Assembly: GCA_963727625.1 (NCBI GenBank)
Contig: CAVSHR010000005.1
Location: forward strand, 800,001-864,000
Direction: 5' to 3'
From: an uncultured delta proteobacterium
GTDB lineage: Bacteria; Desulfobacterota; Binatia; UBA9968
DNA: 64,000 nucleotides
How positions within the stretch are numbered: the first letter of the stretch is position 1; every line of letters begins with the position of its first letter. Under the pieces are notes generated by a model that saw nothing but the letters and a program-made list of their open reading frames with translations, searched no databases and was not told the origin of the DNA. The translations under genes and the position numbers were made by a program. Positions 1-9,755 of this stretch are shown one piece after another.

Positions 1-689
1 CCGGTTACATGGGCAAAGCGTACAAGGCGCCGACTTTCCACGTCACCGCGGTCACGACTCGCAAACGCGAAGGCAAACCGATCATCTTTCCGCTTGGCGT
101 GCACACTCTCGACGACCACAATATTGACACCACGGTGCGCGAAGCGGCGATGTTCGAGCTCTGCGAACGCATGCAGCCCGGCATCATCATGGATGTCAAT
201 ATTCCGTATTGCATGACCGACTGGGGCGGCGCGATCATTCAAGTGAAGAAGCGCAATCGCATCGAAGAGGGCTGGCAGCGCAATTTCATGGCCGCCATTC
301 TAGCCACCTCACAGGGTTCACGCTTGGTCATCGCGGTCAGCGAAGATACCGATCCCTACGACATGGACGACATCATGTGGAACCTAACGACCCGGGTAAA
401 TCCGAAAACCGACATCATTAACCCGCTGCCGGGCGGCCGCGGCCAAACTTTCATGCCGGCCGAACGAATGACCGCCGGCGAACGCGAGTGGACTGCTTCG
501 AACACCAACTTCGAAGGCGGCATGGGTATCGACGCCACTGTGCCGTTTGGCTACGAGAGCGATTTCATGCGGCCGGTTTATCCGGTTGACAGGATCGATT
601 TGAAAAAGTGGTTCACCGACAAAGACGTTCAAAACGCCAAGTCCCGCATGCATGGTTGGGTGCTTTCCTTGGCGCGCACGGGAAGATAA
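1..689 (+). CDS. UbiD-family decarboxylase, C-terminal part (begins before the window)
   Basis: The frame is open from the window edge (..GYMGKAY). It has FHVTAVTTR..PI, VIAVSEDTDPYDMDDIMWNLTTRVNP and MGIDATVP, typical of the UbiD C-terminus. Confidence 0.85.
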   Translation, partial: GYMGKAYKAPTFHVTAVTTRKREGKPIIFPLGVHTLDDHNIDTTVREAAMFELCERMQPGIIMDVNIPYCMTDWGGAIIQVKKRNRIEEGWQRNFMAAILATSQGSRLVIAVSEDTDPYDMDDIMWNLTTRVNPKTDIINPLPGGRGQTFMPAERMTAGEREWTASNTNFEGGMGIDATVPFGYESDFMRPVYPVDRIDLKKWFTDKDVQNAKSRMHGWVLSLARTGR

Positions 690-714
690 AAACGTTTCTA
701 CGTTTTCGTTGGCA

Positions 715-744
715 GAGAGGGGATCGTCATGATGATTCCCTCTC
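715..744 (+). terminator. Hairpin downstream of the ubiD-like gene, possible terminator
   Basis: gagaggggatcgtc (715-728) pairs with gatgattccctctc (731-744) using G-U pairs. The U-tail is weak. Confidence 0.4.
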
Positions 745-992
745 CGGCTCTTTGGCCAATGAAATTCAAAGGATCGACAAACAGAATTCGATCGTATAAA
801 AGTTAGCCGCAAGTTTGTTCGCCGCTGCGCGCGTCATCCGCGCCGCGAAAATGACTCTTGAGCTCGTTCCGCCCGGTAATTTTTTCTTCCTCCTTGCATT
901 GACTTGAGCCGATCGGTCTGGTAGCTACTTACAAGTTTTTCGAACTCGCGCGTTCCCGCTGCTTTCGAAAATTATTCACTCCCGGTGAAAGT

Positions 993-1688
993 ATGGAGAA
1001 ACGTATTAAAAAAACGCTGGCTCGTACTTTAAACTGTGGCGCTGCCTGTACCAAGCTCGTCCTAGTTATCGTACTGTTTCTGCCGGTTTTTCTGGTCTTC
1101 GACTTGCCCATCGAGCCGGACGAGAAACCGGCCGACTCGCCCAAGTCAAAAGCTCACCGCGTGCTTGAAAAAGTTCACCCCAAGCAACTCGTCAAAGTTT
1201 ACTCCATCGTCAAATCGCGCCGCCCGGAACTTACCGAGGCGGAAGCCTGGAGGATTTCGCAGGCGGTCTTGGATGAAAGCGTCAAGCGCAATTTCGATCC
1301 GTTGTTGGTGCTGGCGGTCATTCAGATCGAAAGCGAGTTCCGACGCGCCGCGGTTTCTCCCGTGGGCGCGCGAGGCATGATGCAAATCATGCCCGATACC
1401 GGCAAGTATCTGGCGGAAGCGTTACGCCGGGAACGCGGGTTGCGACCGGCGTTCTTTAAGCCTGAATTACTCGATGATCCGCTGCTCAATATTCGCTTGG
1501 GAACCTACTATCTCCACGACCTGCTCAAAAAATTTCAGAACATCGGTCTCGCGCTGATCGCCTATAACCTCGGTCCGGCAGAAGTGCAAAATCGCATTGA
1601 AAACAAAATTGAGTTCTCCGATGAATTTGCCGCCGCCGTGATGGGTGCTTACCACAGGTTCAAAAAAACCCCGGCGCCAAGATTCTAA
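993..1688 (+). CDS. Lytic transglycosylase (SLT domain), membrane-anchored
   Basis: N-terminal hydrophobic segment followed by the SLT motifs AVIQIESEF, AVSPVGARGMMQIMP, NIRLGTYYL and ALIAYNLGP. Confidence 0.9.
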   Translation: MEKRIKKTLARTLNCGAACTKLVLVIVLFLPVFLVFDLPIEPDEKPADSPKSKAHRVLEKVHPKQLVKVYSIVKSRRPELTEAEAWRISQAVLDESVKRNFDPLLVLAVIQIESEFRRAAVSPVGARGMMQIMPDTGKYLAEALRRERGLRPAFFKPELLDDPLLNIRLGTYYLHDLLKKFQNIGLALIAYNLGPAEVQNRIENKIEFSDEFAAAVMGAYHRFKKTPAPRF

Positions 1689-1900
1689 TCCCGTCGCGCT
1701 GCGTTCTGCCGCTGATCCTTTGCTTTTTGTTTTCATTCGTCGCCGCAAAAATTTGCAATGACGAACCTCACGGAGCAGCGGAGCGTGCACCTTTTTCGTC
1801 TGTTTGAACGGAATGCCATCGGAGCCGCGCTTGTGCGGGTTGCATAGCAATCCGCCGGAGATCTGTGATAAATTAGTTAGGTAGCCGGCAGCCGCGCATC

Positions 1901-2377
1901 ATGGATCAACCGAGAACTGTTAGACTCACCGAGGACGCGTGGAACGAGATTTCGCGCCACGCGCAGGAAGCCTTTCCTCAAGAATGTTGCGGCATAGTAC
2001 TCACGGATGGGGCCGTCGACCGCGTCCAACCGCTCAACAATATTCAGAACAAACTGCACGCCCTCGATCCCCAGACCTATCCGCGCACCGCCGTGATCGC
2101 CTACGCTATGGATCCGCTCGAGCTTGAGACAGTTTTGCAACAATCCGAAGTCAAGAACCAGAAGCTCAAAGCGTTTTATCACTCGCACCCGGACCACGAC
2201 GCTTACTTTTCCGAGGAAGACAAAGCCTTTGCCAGCCCGTTCGGCGAGCCCACTTATCCCGACGCCGCCCAGATCGTCGTGTCTATTTATAACCGCGCGG
2301 TAAAAGTCATTCGCGCCTTTGCCTGGACACCGGCAAAAAAAGATTTCACCGAAGTTCCGATCGCGAGGAGCGAGTGA
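1901..2377 (+). CDS. JAB/MPN+ (M67) metallopeptidase
   Basis: PQECCG and the JAMM motif FYHSHPDHDAYFSEED. Confidence 0.9.
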   Translation: MDQPRTVRLTEDAWNEISRHAQEAFPQECCGIVLTDGAVDRVQPLNNIQNKLHALDPQTYPRTAVIAYAMDPLELETVLQQSEVKNQKLKAFYHSHPDHDAYFSEEDKAFASPFGEPTYPDAAQIVVSIYNRAVKVIRAFAWTPAKKDFTEVPIARSE

Positions 2378-2385
2378 TCGCCGGC

Positions 2386-3258
2386 ATGTCGGAGCCCCGG
2401 GAACACTTCATCAAATCACAAGGCTTGCCGATCCATTTTCTCGAATGGGGCGAACCTAAAGGTGAGCCTCTCGTGCTCGTGCATGGCTATCTCGATATGG
2501 CCTATAGTTGGAACGCATTCGTGGTGGCGCTGCAGCAGCGGCAAGAACACGCGTCGTGGATCATCGCCCCGGATTGTCGCGGTCACGGCGACAGCGGTTG
2601 GGTCGGCGCCGGCGGCTATTATCATTTTCCCGATTACATTCTCGATCTCGACGGAGTCATTCAAACGCTCGGCACCGAGCGCGTAAAGCTCATCGGCCAT
2701 TCCATGGGCGGGACGATTTCATTTCTTTATGCAGGCGCGTTTCCAACCCGGGTCGACAAGCTCGTGTTAATCGAAGGCGTCGGACCGGTCGGCGTGGAGT
2801 TCGCCGAAGCGCCGCTGAGGATGGCCAGGTGGGTCGGCGAAATGCATGAGCGCGGGCGCAACCACTTCCGCGCCTACACGAGTGTCGAGGCCGGCGCGCG
2901 GCAATTGCAAATGACCAATCCACGCCTAAAAACACCGTTCGCACTCGAGTTGGCCCGCGCCGGCATGAAACCAATCGACGGCGGCAAATGGGTGTGGAAA
3001 TTCGATCCCCTCCATCGCACCGTGGCACCGCAACCCTTCTACACCGCCCAGGCCTTGGAGTTTTTTCGCCGGATCCAATGTCCCGTGCTGATCGTGGACG
3101 GCCAAGAAAGCCGGCAAACCAAGCGCACCGACAAGCAGCAGCGCTACGATGCCATCGCCCGGCACCATTTCGTGACGATCGCCGGAGCCGGCCACATGGT
3201 GCACCAGGACAACCCTGAGCAGTTGGCCAAAAGCGTCGCAAATTTTTTGGCAGCCTAG
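2386..3258 (+). CDS. Alpha/beta-fold hydrolase
   Basis: LVHGY, PDCRGHGDS, GHSMGG nucleophile elbow and AGHMVH. ATG at 2386 chosen over GTG at 2374. Confidence 0.9.
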   Translation: MSEPREHFIKSQGLPIHFLEWGEPKGEPLVLVHGYLDMAYSWNAFVVALQQRQEHASWIIAPDCRGHGDSGWVGAGGYYHFPDYILDLDGVIQTLGTERVKLIGHSMGGTISFLYAGAFPTRVDKLVLIEGVGPVGVEFAEAPLRMARWVGEMHERGRNHFRAYTSVEAGARQLQMTNPRLKTPFALELARAGMKPIDGGKWVWKFDPLHRTVAPQPFYTAQALEFFRRIQCPVLIVDGQESRQTKRTDKQQRYDAIARHHFVTIAGAGHMVHQDNPEQLAKSVANFLAA

Positions 3259-3457
3259 CCCCCCACCCGGCAACCGTGCTCGGCGTGAATTTATCCGCTA
3301 GCGTTCCCCGCGTTGATGTCATGCGCGGTTAAATGTCGCGGGGCAGCTCTAAGAGCTTGACTAATGAAGCCAAATTTTGTGATTATGTCGTCACAATCAT
3401 AAAGATCATGGAAGGAATGAGAGAATGCCAAAAGGATTGTCAAATTAGGAACGGGTT

Positions 3458-3898
3458 GTGGGCAAAAGCAATTCCTCACGCAAGAGAAACCAGCCGGGCA
3501 ACGAGGGGCTCGAACGCGAAGTGTTGGCAGTACCGAAACGCAAACGCGCCGCGTTAACGGAGCCATCGGGTCCGGACGTCCCGCTGACGCTCAAGCATTT
3601 TAATCGTCGCATCGAAAGATCCCTCAACCGGAGTGAGGGTAAGCGGCTCTATCTACGGGTCGGCGACGAGGTCAATCACCTGCGCTACGAAGAGTGGGGC
3701 ATCGGCGTTGTTATGGAAGTGATGACGTCGTCGATTCCAGGTGGCACTTGCCTCGCCCGAGTGCGCTTTCAAGACGGACAACTCCGCTGTTTCAACAATG
3801 ACCTGGACAACGAAACCTGCTGTTATTATTTCGGCGTTAGGCGCTACTGGAATCCGAGCCAAGGCGTCGAGGCGATTCGATCCAAACTATTTTTTTGA
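3458..3898 (+). CDS. DUF3553-like (SH3-like C-terminal domain) protein
   Basis: VGDEVNHLRYEEWGIGVV...VRFQDG pattern. The start is uncertain. Confidence 0.55.
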   Translation: MGKSNSSRKRNQPGNEGLEREVLAVPKRKRAALTEPSGPDVPLTLKHFNRRIERSLNRSEGKRLYLRVGDEVNHLRYEEWGIGVVMEVMTSSIPGGTCLARVRFQDGQLRCFNNDLDNETCCYYFGVRRYWNPSQGVEAIRSKLFF

Positions 3899-3908
3899 GG
3901 GTGCTGCC

Positions 3909-4235
3909 ATGAGTAATAAGCTTCAATATTTCGTCGCCGCGCTGGCGCTGGCGTTGATGAGCTTATCCCCCCTGACGGTCCGGGCTGAAGAGGTTATCGA
4001 GAAAGCCGGTGTCGCTGTCGGCGTCAGCGCTGGAAATATGTGGTTCTTGCCGATCAAAGCGATTTCGATGTCAATTGGCGCATTGAGCGGCGCTCTCTCT
4101 TTCGTCGTCACGGGCGGCAATCTCGAATTGACACAACAAATTTGGCAAGACACCTCCCAAGGGCCCTACGTCATTACTCCCGATCTCGCCCGCACCTCGA
4201 TAGGCCGGCGCCCGGAACTCGCCGAGAAAAAATAA
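3909..4235 (+). CDS. Small secreted or membrane hypothetical protein
   Basis: GAGGG lies before ATG 3909. Signal peptide-like MSNKLQYFVAALALALMSLSPLTVRA, then a hydrophobic Gly-rich segment. Confidence 0.7.
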   Translation: MSNKLQYFVAALALALMSLSPLTVRAEEVIEKAGVAVGVSAGNMWFLPIKAISMSIGALSGALSFVVTGGNLELTQQIWQDTSQGPYVITPDLARTSIGRRPELAEKK

Positions 4236-4301
4236 CCGCGGCGCGCAACCCGGCTGCGAAGCCGCGCTGCACGCCGCATTCAATCCCTCGTGATCGTCTG
4301 A

Positions 4302-5036
4302 TTACGCTAAATTCGCCTTAAAAAAGCTGGCCGTTCTCGCCCACGCGTCTTTTGCCGCTTCGGGGTTGTAGCGGTCAGCGTTGGTATTGTTATTGAACGC
4401 GTGCTTCGCGCCGGGGAAAACTTTGCAATCGAAACTTTTTCCGGCTTTGGCTAATGCCGCCTTCAAAGGCTCAACCCCAGGCATGATGTTAGGGTCGTCT
4501 GCCCCGTAGTTGCCCATCACCGGACAGGGGATATTGGCGACCGAATCGAGCGGATCGGGGTTACGGCCGTAGTAGACGACCGCGGCATTGAGATCCTTAC
4601 ACTTCGTCGCGAAGTTCAGCGATTGACCACCGCCCCAGCAGTAGCCGACCACGCCGATTTTGCCGTTGACATAATTCTGCTTTTTCATGAAAGCCACGGC
4701 TGCGGTCAAATCCTCGGCCACCATGGTGCCGTTTACTTTCTGAATTTCCTTGGTGGCCTCATCACTACCATTCCATTTGTCGCTGCCACCAATGCGGCTC
4801 ATACAATCCACCGCGATTGCGGCAAACCCTTCTTTGGCGAAATGCCGAGCCACGTCCTTGATATGCCCCACTAACCCTCGGTTTTCATGAATGACCACAA
4901 CGGTCCCGAGATTTTTCCCGTCCTTGGGGCGGGAAACGTAAGCGTTCACGTTTCCGGCGGGGCCGGCAAACTGAACCATCTCCGAGCTTAGGGCGGCATC
5001 CTTCGGATCGACGATATTGTCTATAGTTTGCGCCAT
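4302..5036 (-). CDS. Dienelactone hydrolase family protein
   Basis: VVIHENRGL, GYCWGG, VVYYG and AKHAFNN. GGAGG RBS. Confidence 0.92.
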   Translation of the reverse strand: MAQTIDNIVDPKDAALSSEMVQFAGPAGNVNAYVSRPKDGKNLGTVVVIHENRGLVGHIKDVARHFAKEGFAAIAVDCMSRIGGSDKWNGSDEATKEIQKVNGTMVAEDLTAAVAFMKKQNYVNGKIGVVGYCWGGGQSLNFATKCKDLNAAVVYYGRNPDPLDSVANIPCPVMGNYGADDPNIMPGVEPLKAALAKAGKSFDCKVFPGAKHAFNNNTNADRYNPEAAKDAWARTASFFKANLA

Positions 5037-5144
5037 TGATTAAAACCTCCTGCGATTATTTTTTATTGTTCGTTTCCAGGTATAGCGAAAAACAATTTTC
5101 AATTCCAGTCCTTCGCTCGATCATTTGGCAGCCGCCGTCGGGCG

Positions 5145-5173
5145 AAAAAAAAAGCGGCGCCGCGGGCGCCGCT
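5145..5173 (-). terminator. Rho-independent terminator after the FmdB-family gene
   Basis: Minus strand reads agcggcgcc-cgc-ggcgccgct followed by a run of T. Confidence 0.8.
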
Positions 5174-5221
5174 CATTTTAATCATACGATAAAGGCACTT
5201 GAATAATATTGCCGGCGAGCG

Positions 5222-5533
5222 CTATGCCGACGCGGTGCTGCTTGTCGTCGAGGATGTCTCGCCGCTGGAAGTTGAAGCTTCGCTTTTTTTCGTTTCGCCT
5301 TTCGTTTCACCGGAGGGCTTGGAGGAAGCGCTGCCTTTTGCGTCGCCGTTTTGCCCTTTGCGCGCATAATCGGTAACGTACCAACCCGTGCCTTTCAGCT
5401 GGAACGACGTGTTGGAGATCAGCTTTTTGACTTTTCCTTTACAGCTCGGGCATTTGCCCAAGGGTTTATCTGTGATTTTCTGGGTGAATTCGAAGGTACC
5501 GCACCTCTGGCATTGGTATTCGTAAATAGGCAT
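5222..5533 (-). CDS. FmdB-family zinc-ribbon protein
   Basis: [12 protein letters not shown]...CPSCKG...[13 protein letters not shown], with a Ser/Thr/Lys-rich tail. Confidence 0.92.
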   Translation of the reverse strand: MPIYEYQCQRCGTFEFTQKITDKPLGKCPSCKGKVKKLISNTSFQLKGTGWYVTDYARKGQNGDAKGSASSKPSGETKGETKKSEASTSSGETSSTTSSTASA

Positions 5534-5616
5534 GGGAATTCCTCTGATATAAAGTTATCTTAAAAAGTAACCACTACCCTGCGTGATGTCAATTAATCCA
5601 CAAAACCGCATGACCG

Positions 5617-5973
5617 TTACGCCCTAGCGTTGCGGTCGCTGCCATCCGCCTTGATATGGGGTCCGCCGAAAGCCTCGGAACGGTTGCCGAATAGTACCAG
5701 CGGCTCAGCGCCGGTGTTGGTTATCTGGTAGTAATCTTTGGCGTTTAAAAACACCACCTCGTTTTTTTTGATCGGCCGTTCTTCGCCTTTCAGACCCTTG
5801 ACCACGCCGCTGCCGGCGAGGATGAGAAAAGTTTCAGGGCTGGCATGGAAGTGCATATCCGTGCCGTCGCCGGGAACAAAATAGAGCATCCATGACCGAA
5901 AGTTATCCGTACCGAACAAATCGATTTTGCGCTTCGCGGTTTTCATCATTTCTTCGAGATTGGCAACGTCCAT
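5617..5973 (-). CDS. Cupin-domain protein
   Basis: PGDGTDMHFHASPETFLILAGSG cupin motif 1. GGGAGG RBS. Confidence 0.85.
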   Translation of the reverse strand: MDVANLEEMMKTAKRKIDLFGTDNFRSWMLYFVPGDGTDMHFHASPETFLILAGSGVVKGLKGEERPIKKNEVVFLNAKDYYQITNTGAEPLVLFGNRSEAFGGPHIKADGSDRNARA

Positions 5974-6126
5974 GTCAAATCCTCCCTTGAAGTGGTTTGT
6001 ATACTAGCCCAGGACTATCGCGTTCGGCAAGTGCGGGCAAATGCGCCTTGACAGCCAATCGGGGCTGCAATATGTGGTGAGAGGTATCGGCTCGGGGATT
6101 TTAGAAAATTCGCAGGGAGGCAGTGG

Positions 6127-6870
6127 ATGCTCAAGTGCAACGAAAGCCAAGCCGTGGAAATGGTCGCCGAGTTGGCAGACAAGTGCGACAGGCGCTGGAA
6201 GGAGACCGTCGATAAGACTCGGTTCATGAATGAGCTGCGTGAAGGAAAGCTCAAGAGGAAAACCATCCAGCTCTTTTACAAAAACTGGGGCTCCTTCGTG
6301 CCGGTGATCAACTCGGTCTATACTTCGGCCTTTTACAAACATCTGTGGTTTTTCGTCAAGAACGTTGACCTGATGGAAGTCTACACTCAAAAAGTCCTCG
6401 ACGAATTCGGCCATCCCTCGCCGCCGGGCCATATTCAGATTCTGATGAGCACGGGAAAAGCGTTGGGTCTGAACAAAGAAGAGGTCTTGCTCTCGCCGAT
6501 GTTGCCGGAGTGCCGCGCCCTGCCGGATTTTCATCGCACCCTGATCAATGACGGCCAAATTCAGGAGTACTGGTTTTCGGTTCTATGGGAGCATCCCTTC
6601 GGTAATTCTTGTCTCGATTTTTTCAAGGCGCTCACCATGCACTACGGCCTCACCACCGCTGACGCCAGTTATTTTTCCAAGCATCATGAAGCCGACACCA
6701 TGGATCATTTGGATCGAAAGGCTCATGGCGCGGTGACCCAAGCCGTCCTGGTGCGCCTGCTGCAAGAGGGAATCAACGAGCGCCCCGGTTACTCGGCGGA
6801 ATACTGTGCGGTCACGCCGGCGGATTTGAACAAGATGTTCATGGACGGCTGCTATGCGACCACACACTAG
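6127..6870 (+). CDS. Heme-oxygenase-like (PqqC/TenA/CADD-type) putative diiron protein, copy 1 (subfamily A)
   Basis: About 250 aa and helical. Candidate ligands DEFGHPSPPGH, WE and YFSKHHEAD..H. Confidence 0.75.
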   Translation: MLKCNESQAVEMVAELADKCDRRWKETVDKTRFMNELREGKLKRKTIQLFYKNWGSFVPVINSVYTSAFYKHLWFFVKNVDLMEVYTQKVLDEFGHPSPPGHIQILMSTGKALGLNKEEVLLSPMLPECRALPDFHRTLINDGQIQEYWFSVLWEHPFGNSCLDFFKALTMHYGLTTADASYFSKHHEADTMDHLDRKAHGAVTQAVLVRLLQEGINERPGYSAEYCAVTPADLNKMFMDGCYATTH

Positions 6871-6884
6871 CCGCCCATGAAAGA

Positions 6885-6943
6885 TTGCAAATTCCAGATT
6901 CCAAACTTCCGGAATTTTGCAATCTGGAACTTGGACTTTGCAA
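6885..6943. repeat. Inverted heptamer-repeat palindrome
   Basis: ttccagattccaaacttcc (6892-6910) matches ggaattttgcaatctggaa (6911-6929) at 17 of 19 positions as an inverted repeat. It is built from 7-mers (attgcaa/attccag/attccaa). Confidence 0.65.
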
Positions 6944-6964
6944 TTCCGAGCGAAGCGAGGACTT

Positions 6965-7993
6965 ATGTCGCTGGAAGAACTGAACCAGAAACTCAAGAAA
7001 GAAAACCTCATCGGTTACTGGACGATACCGAACACCAGCACCAGCTTTCGCGAACCGGAAGCGAATTATCGCCCTTTTCTCTGGAAGTGGCATGAAATTC
7101 GCGCCGCGCTCGATGAAGCCGCTCAGTTTATCCGTCCCGAAGACGCGTTTCGCAGATTTATCGGCTACCAGCATCCGGAGTTGAAACTCGGCACGGCGCA
7201 TACGCTGCTCATGGGTGCGCAAATGGTCCGGCCAGGTGAGTTCGCTCCGGCGCACCGGCATACGATGGGCGCGATCCGCTTCGTGGTCGAGGGCCACGGC
7301 GCTGCCACCGTCGTCGAGGGCGAGCCGTTGCCGATGGAGCCCGGGGACTTGATCACCACGCCGAGCTGGAGTTGGCACGATCATGTCAACCCGGGCGACG
7401 CGCCGATCATCTGGTTGGACGGCGCCGACGGGCCGATGCTGCATTATTATCAAGCGGGTTTCGCCAATCCGTTTCATGAACGACAACAAGCAGTAACCAA
7501 ACCGGCAGGCTGGTCACAAAAGACTTACAATGTCCTACGCCCGCAGTCGGCACCGACGCCGACCTGGAATAATTATCGCCCGCCCTACCGCTACGCATGG
7601 AAGGACACCGCGAAGGCCTTTGAATCGATAACCGAAGCGCCCGGCGACCCCTACGATGCAGTCTTGCTGCGCTACTCGGATCCGATCGGCGGCGGCTCGA
7701 CGTTGCCGACGTTGAATTGCGAAGTGCAGATGTTTCGCCCCGGAGAGATTGGCGGCTCGCACCGCCACACGTACACGGTCGTTTATCACGCCTTTCGCGG
7801 CTCCGGCACAACCTGGGTCGGCGACCAGAGATTCGACTGGGAACAGGGCGACTCCTTCGTTGTACCGCTATGGAACTGGCATGCGCATGAAAACAATTCG
7901 CACCAAGCGGCAATACTTTTTTCAATCAATGATCGCCCGGCCATAGAGGCCTTGGGCTTCTTTCGGGAAGAAACGCGGGAAAGGGATGTCTAG
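6965..7993 (+). CDS. Gentisate 1,2-dioxygenase-like bicupin
   Basis: PGEFAPAHRHTMGAIRF, GDLITTPSWSWHDH, WLDGADGP, second cupin SHRHT...VPLWNWHAH and NDRP. GAGGA RBS. Confidence 0.88.
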   Translation: MSLEELNQKLKKENLIGYWTIPNTSTSFREPEANYRPFLWKWHEIRAALDEAAQFIRPEDAFRRFIGYQHPELKLGTAHTLLMGAQMVRPGEFAPAHRHTMGAIRFVVEGHGAATVVEGEPLPMEPGDLITTPSWSWHDHVNPGDAPIIWLDGADGPMLHYYQAGFANPFHERQQAVTKPAGWSQKTYNVLRPQSAPTPTWNNYRPPYRYAWKDTAKAFESITEAPGDPYDAVLLRYSDPIGGGSTLPTLNCEVQMFRPGEIGGSHRHTYTVVYHAFRGSGTTWVGDQRFDWEQGDSFVVPLWNWHAHENNSHQAAILFSINDRPAIEALGFFREETRERDV

Positions 7994-8053
7994 GGTCTTG
8001 AGCCCCCCTCCCCCCAACCCTAAACTCTTGACCAAAACCGATCTGGCACACTT

Positions 8054-9475
8054 GTGGCATTCGCTGACTTAAGAAATTTTATCGACGGCGCCGCGCGCAT
8101 CGGTGAGCTGAAGACCGTCGATGGCGCGCACTGGGATCTTGAAATCGGTTGCTTGACCGAACTCATGGCCGAGCAGGACGGCCCGCTGCTGCTCTTCGAC
8201 AACATCGTCGGTTATCCCAAGGGCTTCCGCATCGCCACTAATGTGCTCGCCACGCCGCGCCGTTTCGCTCTCGCCCTCGGCTTGCCGACGGACGCGCTCA
8301 AGCTGGAAATTCTCAAAACCTGGCGCAACAAGATTCGCGATCTGAAACCGTACGCACCGGTAGAGATCTCGTCAGGGCCGATCATGGAGAACATTCTCGA
8401 AGGCAGGGGCATCGACCTGGGCATATTTCCAACACCCAAATGGCACGAACACGACGGCGGGCGCTACATCGGCACCGGCGACATGGTGGTCACCAAAGAT
8501 CCCGACAGCGGCTGGGTCAACGTCGGCACCTACCGTTCCTGCATCGTCGACAAGGATCGAGTCACGCTCTGGATCATCGAGCACAAGCACGGCAAACAAA
8601 TCGCGCAAAAATATTGGCAAGCGGGACGCCCCTGCCCCGTCGCCATCGTGCTCGGCTGCGAGCCGGCAACGTGGATGGCTGCACCCTCCGCCGCCAAGGC
8701 CGGCGTGAGCGAATACGAATACGCCGGCGCCTTGCGCGGCGCGCCGCTGGAGGTGATCCGCGCGCCGTTTACCGGCTTGCCCATTCCGGCGACTGCCGAG
8801 ATCGTCATCGAAGGAGAGATGCCCGCGCCCGAAGTTGAATCGCATGCCGAAGGGCCATTCGGCGAATGGCCGGGATATTACACCCACAGCGGCAAAGAAT
8901 GCGTGGTGCGCATCAAGCGGATTCTCCATCGCAATGATCCGATTCTGCTCGGCAATCCGCCGCTTTTGCCGATCACCGAGCGTTACGGCATTCCGCTCTT
9001 TGCGGCGCGCATCTGGGACCACCTGGAGCAATCCGGCGTCTCCGGCATCCAAGGAGTGTGGTGTCACTGCCACACCTTGATGGTCGTCGTTTCACTAAGT
9101 CAAAGGCACGCCGGCCAGGCGATGCAAGCGCTGACGGCCGTCGCCGGCATGCAGACAGGCGCAAGCATGTACCGCTACTACATCGCCGTCGACGACGACA
9201 TTGACCCGGTGGATTTGAAGCAAGTCATCTGGGCCATGTGCACGCGCGTCGATCCGGCGGAATCGGTACAGATTCTAAAGTCATGGACCACCGATCTCGA
9301 CCCGCGTTTGCCGCCCGAGAAACGCGATAAAGGCGACTTCACGATGAGCCGCATGCTGATCGACGCTTGCAAGCCCTACCACTGGCGCGACCAGTTCGCA
9401 TTAGCCAACAAATTCAGCGCCGAAAAACGTGAAGAGATTTGGGAAAAGTGGGCCCCTACACTCGGTCTGAAATGA
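8054..9475 (+). CDS. UbiD-family (prFMN-dependent) decarboxylase
   Basis: DLRNFI, LLFDNIVGYP, DGGRYIGT, VNVGTYR, EGPFGEWPGYY, AVDDDIDP and LIDACKP. Confidence 0.95.
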   Translation: MAFADLRNFIDGAARIGELKTVDGAHWDLEIGCLTELMAEQDGPLLLFDNIVGYPKGFRIATNVLATPRRFALALGLPTDALKLEILKTWRNKIRDLKPYAPVEISSGPIMENILEGRGIDLGIFPTPKWHEHDGGRYIGTGDMVVTKDPDSGWVNVGTYRSCIVDKDRVTLWIIEHKHGKQIAQKYWQAGRPCPVAIVLGCEPATWMAAPSAAKAGVSEYEYAGALRGAPLEVIRAPFTGLPIPATAEIVIEGEMPAPEVESHAEGPFGEWPGYYTHSGKECVVRIKRILHRNDPILLGNPPLLPITERYGIPLFAARIWDHLEQSGVSGIQGVWCHCHTLMVVVSLSQRHAGQAMQALTAVAGMQTGASMYRYYIAVDDDIDPVDLKQVIWAMCTRVDPAESVQILKSWTTDLDPRLPPEKRDKGDFTMSRMLIDACKPYHWRDQFALANKFSAEKREEIWEKWAPTLGLK

Positions 9476-9755
9476 CCTCCGGTAAGCTTGGTGGCAAACC
9501 ATTGGCGCCGCCACTAAGCCCCGGTGTGTCGGTCGTACCGTTGCGCCGCGTATAGTGACGGTCAATGATCGTCATCAAGCGCGAGCAAACCAAGGCGACA
9601 CTGGATTATCAATCTGCTTATTTCGGATCTGCAAATCATGACACCGGCTAAAGAGGCCGAAGCTGACATCCCGCGTTGGCGACGCTTTGTATCACCGAGG
9701 ATGCTTGACTGAAGTTCTATTGCACCATATTAGGGTCAAAAAGGAGGAGACCTTG

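Noticed and set aside
1901-2377. JAB protein as part of CBASS or a ubiquitin-like system
   Set aside because: No cyclase, E1/E2 or ThiS/MoaD neighbour. The context looks housekeeping.
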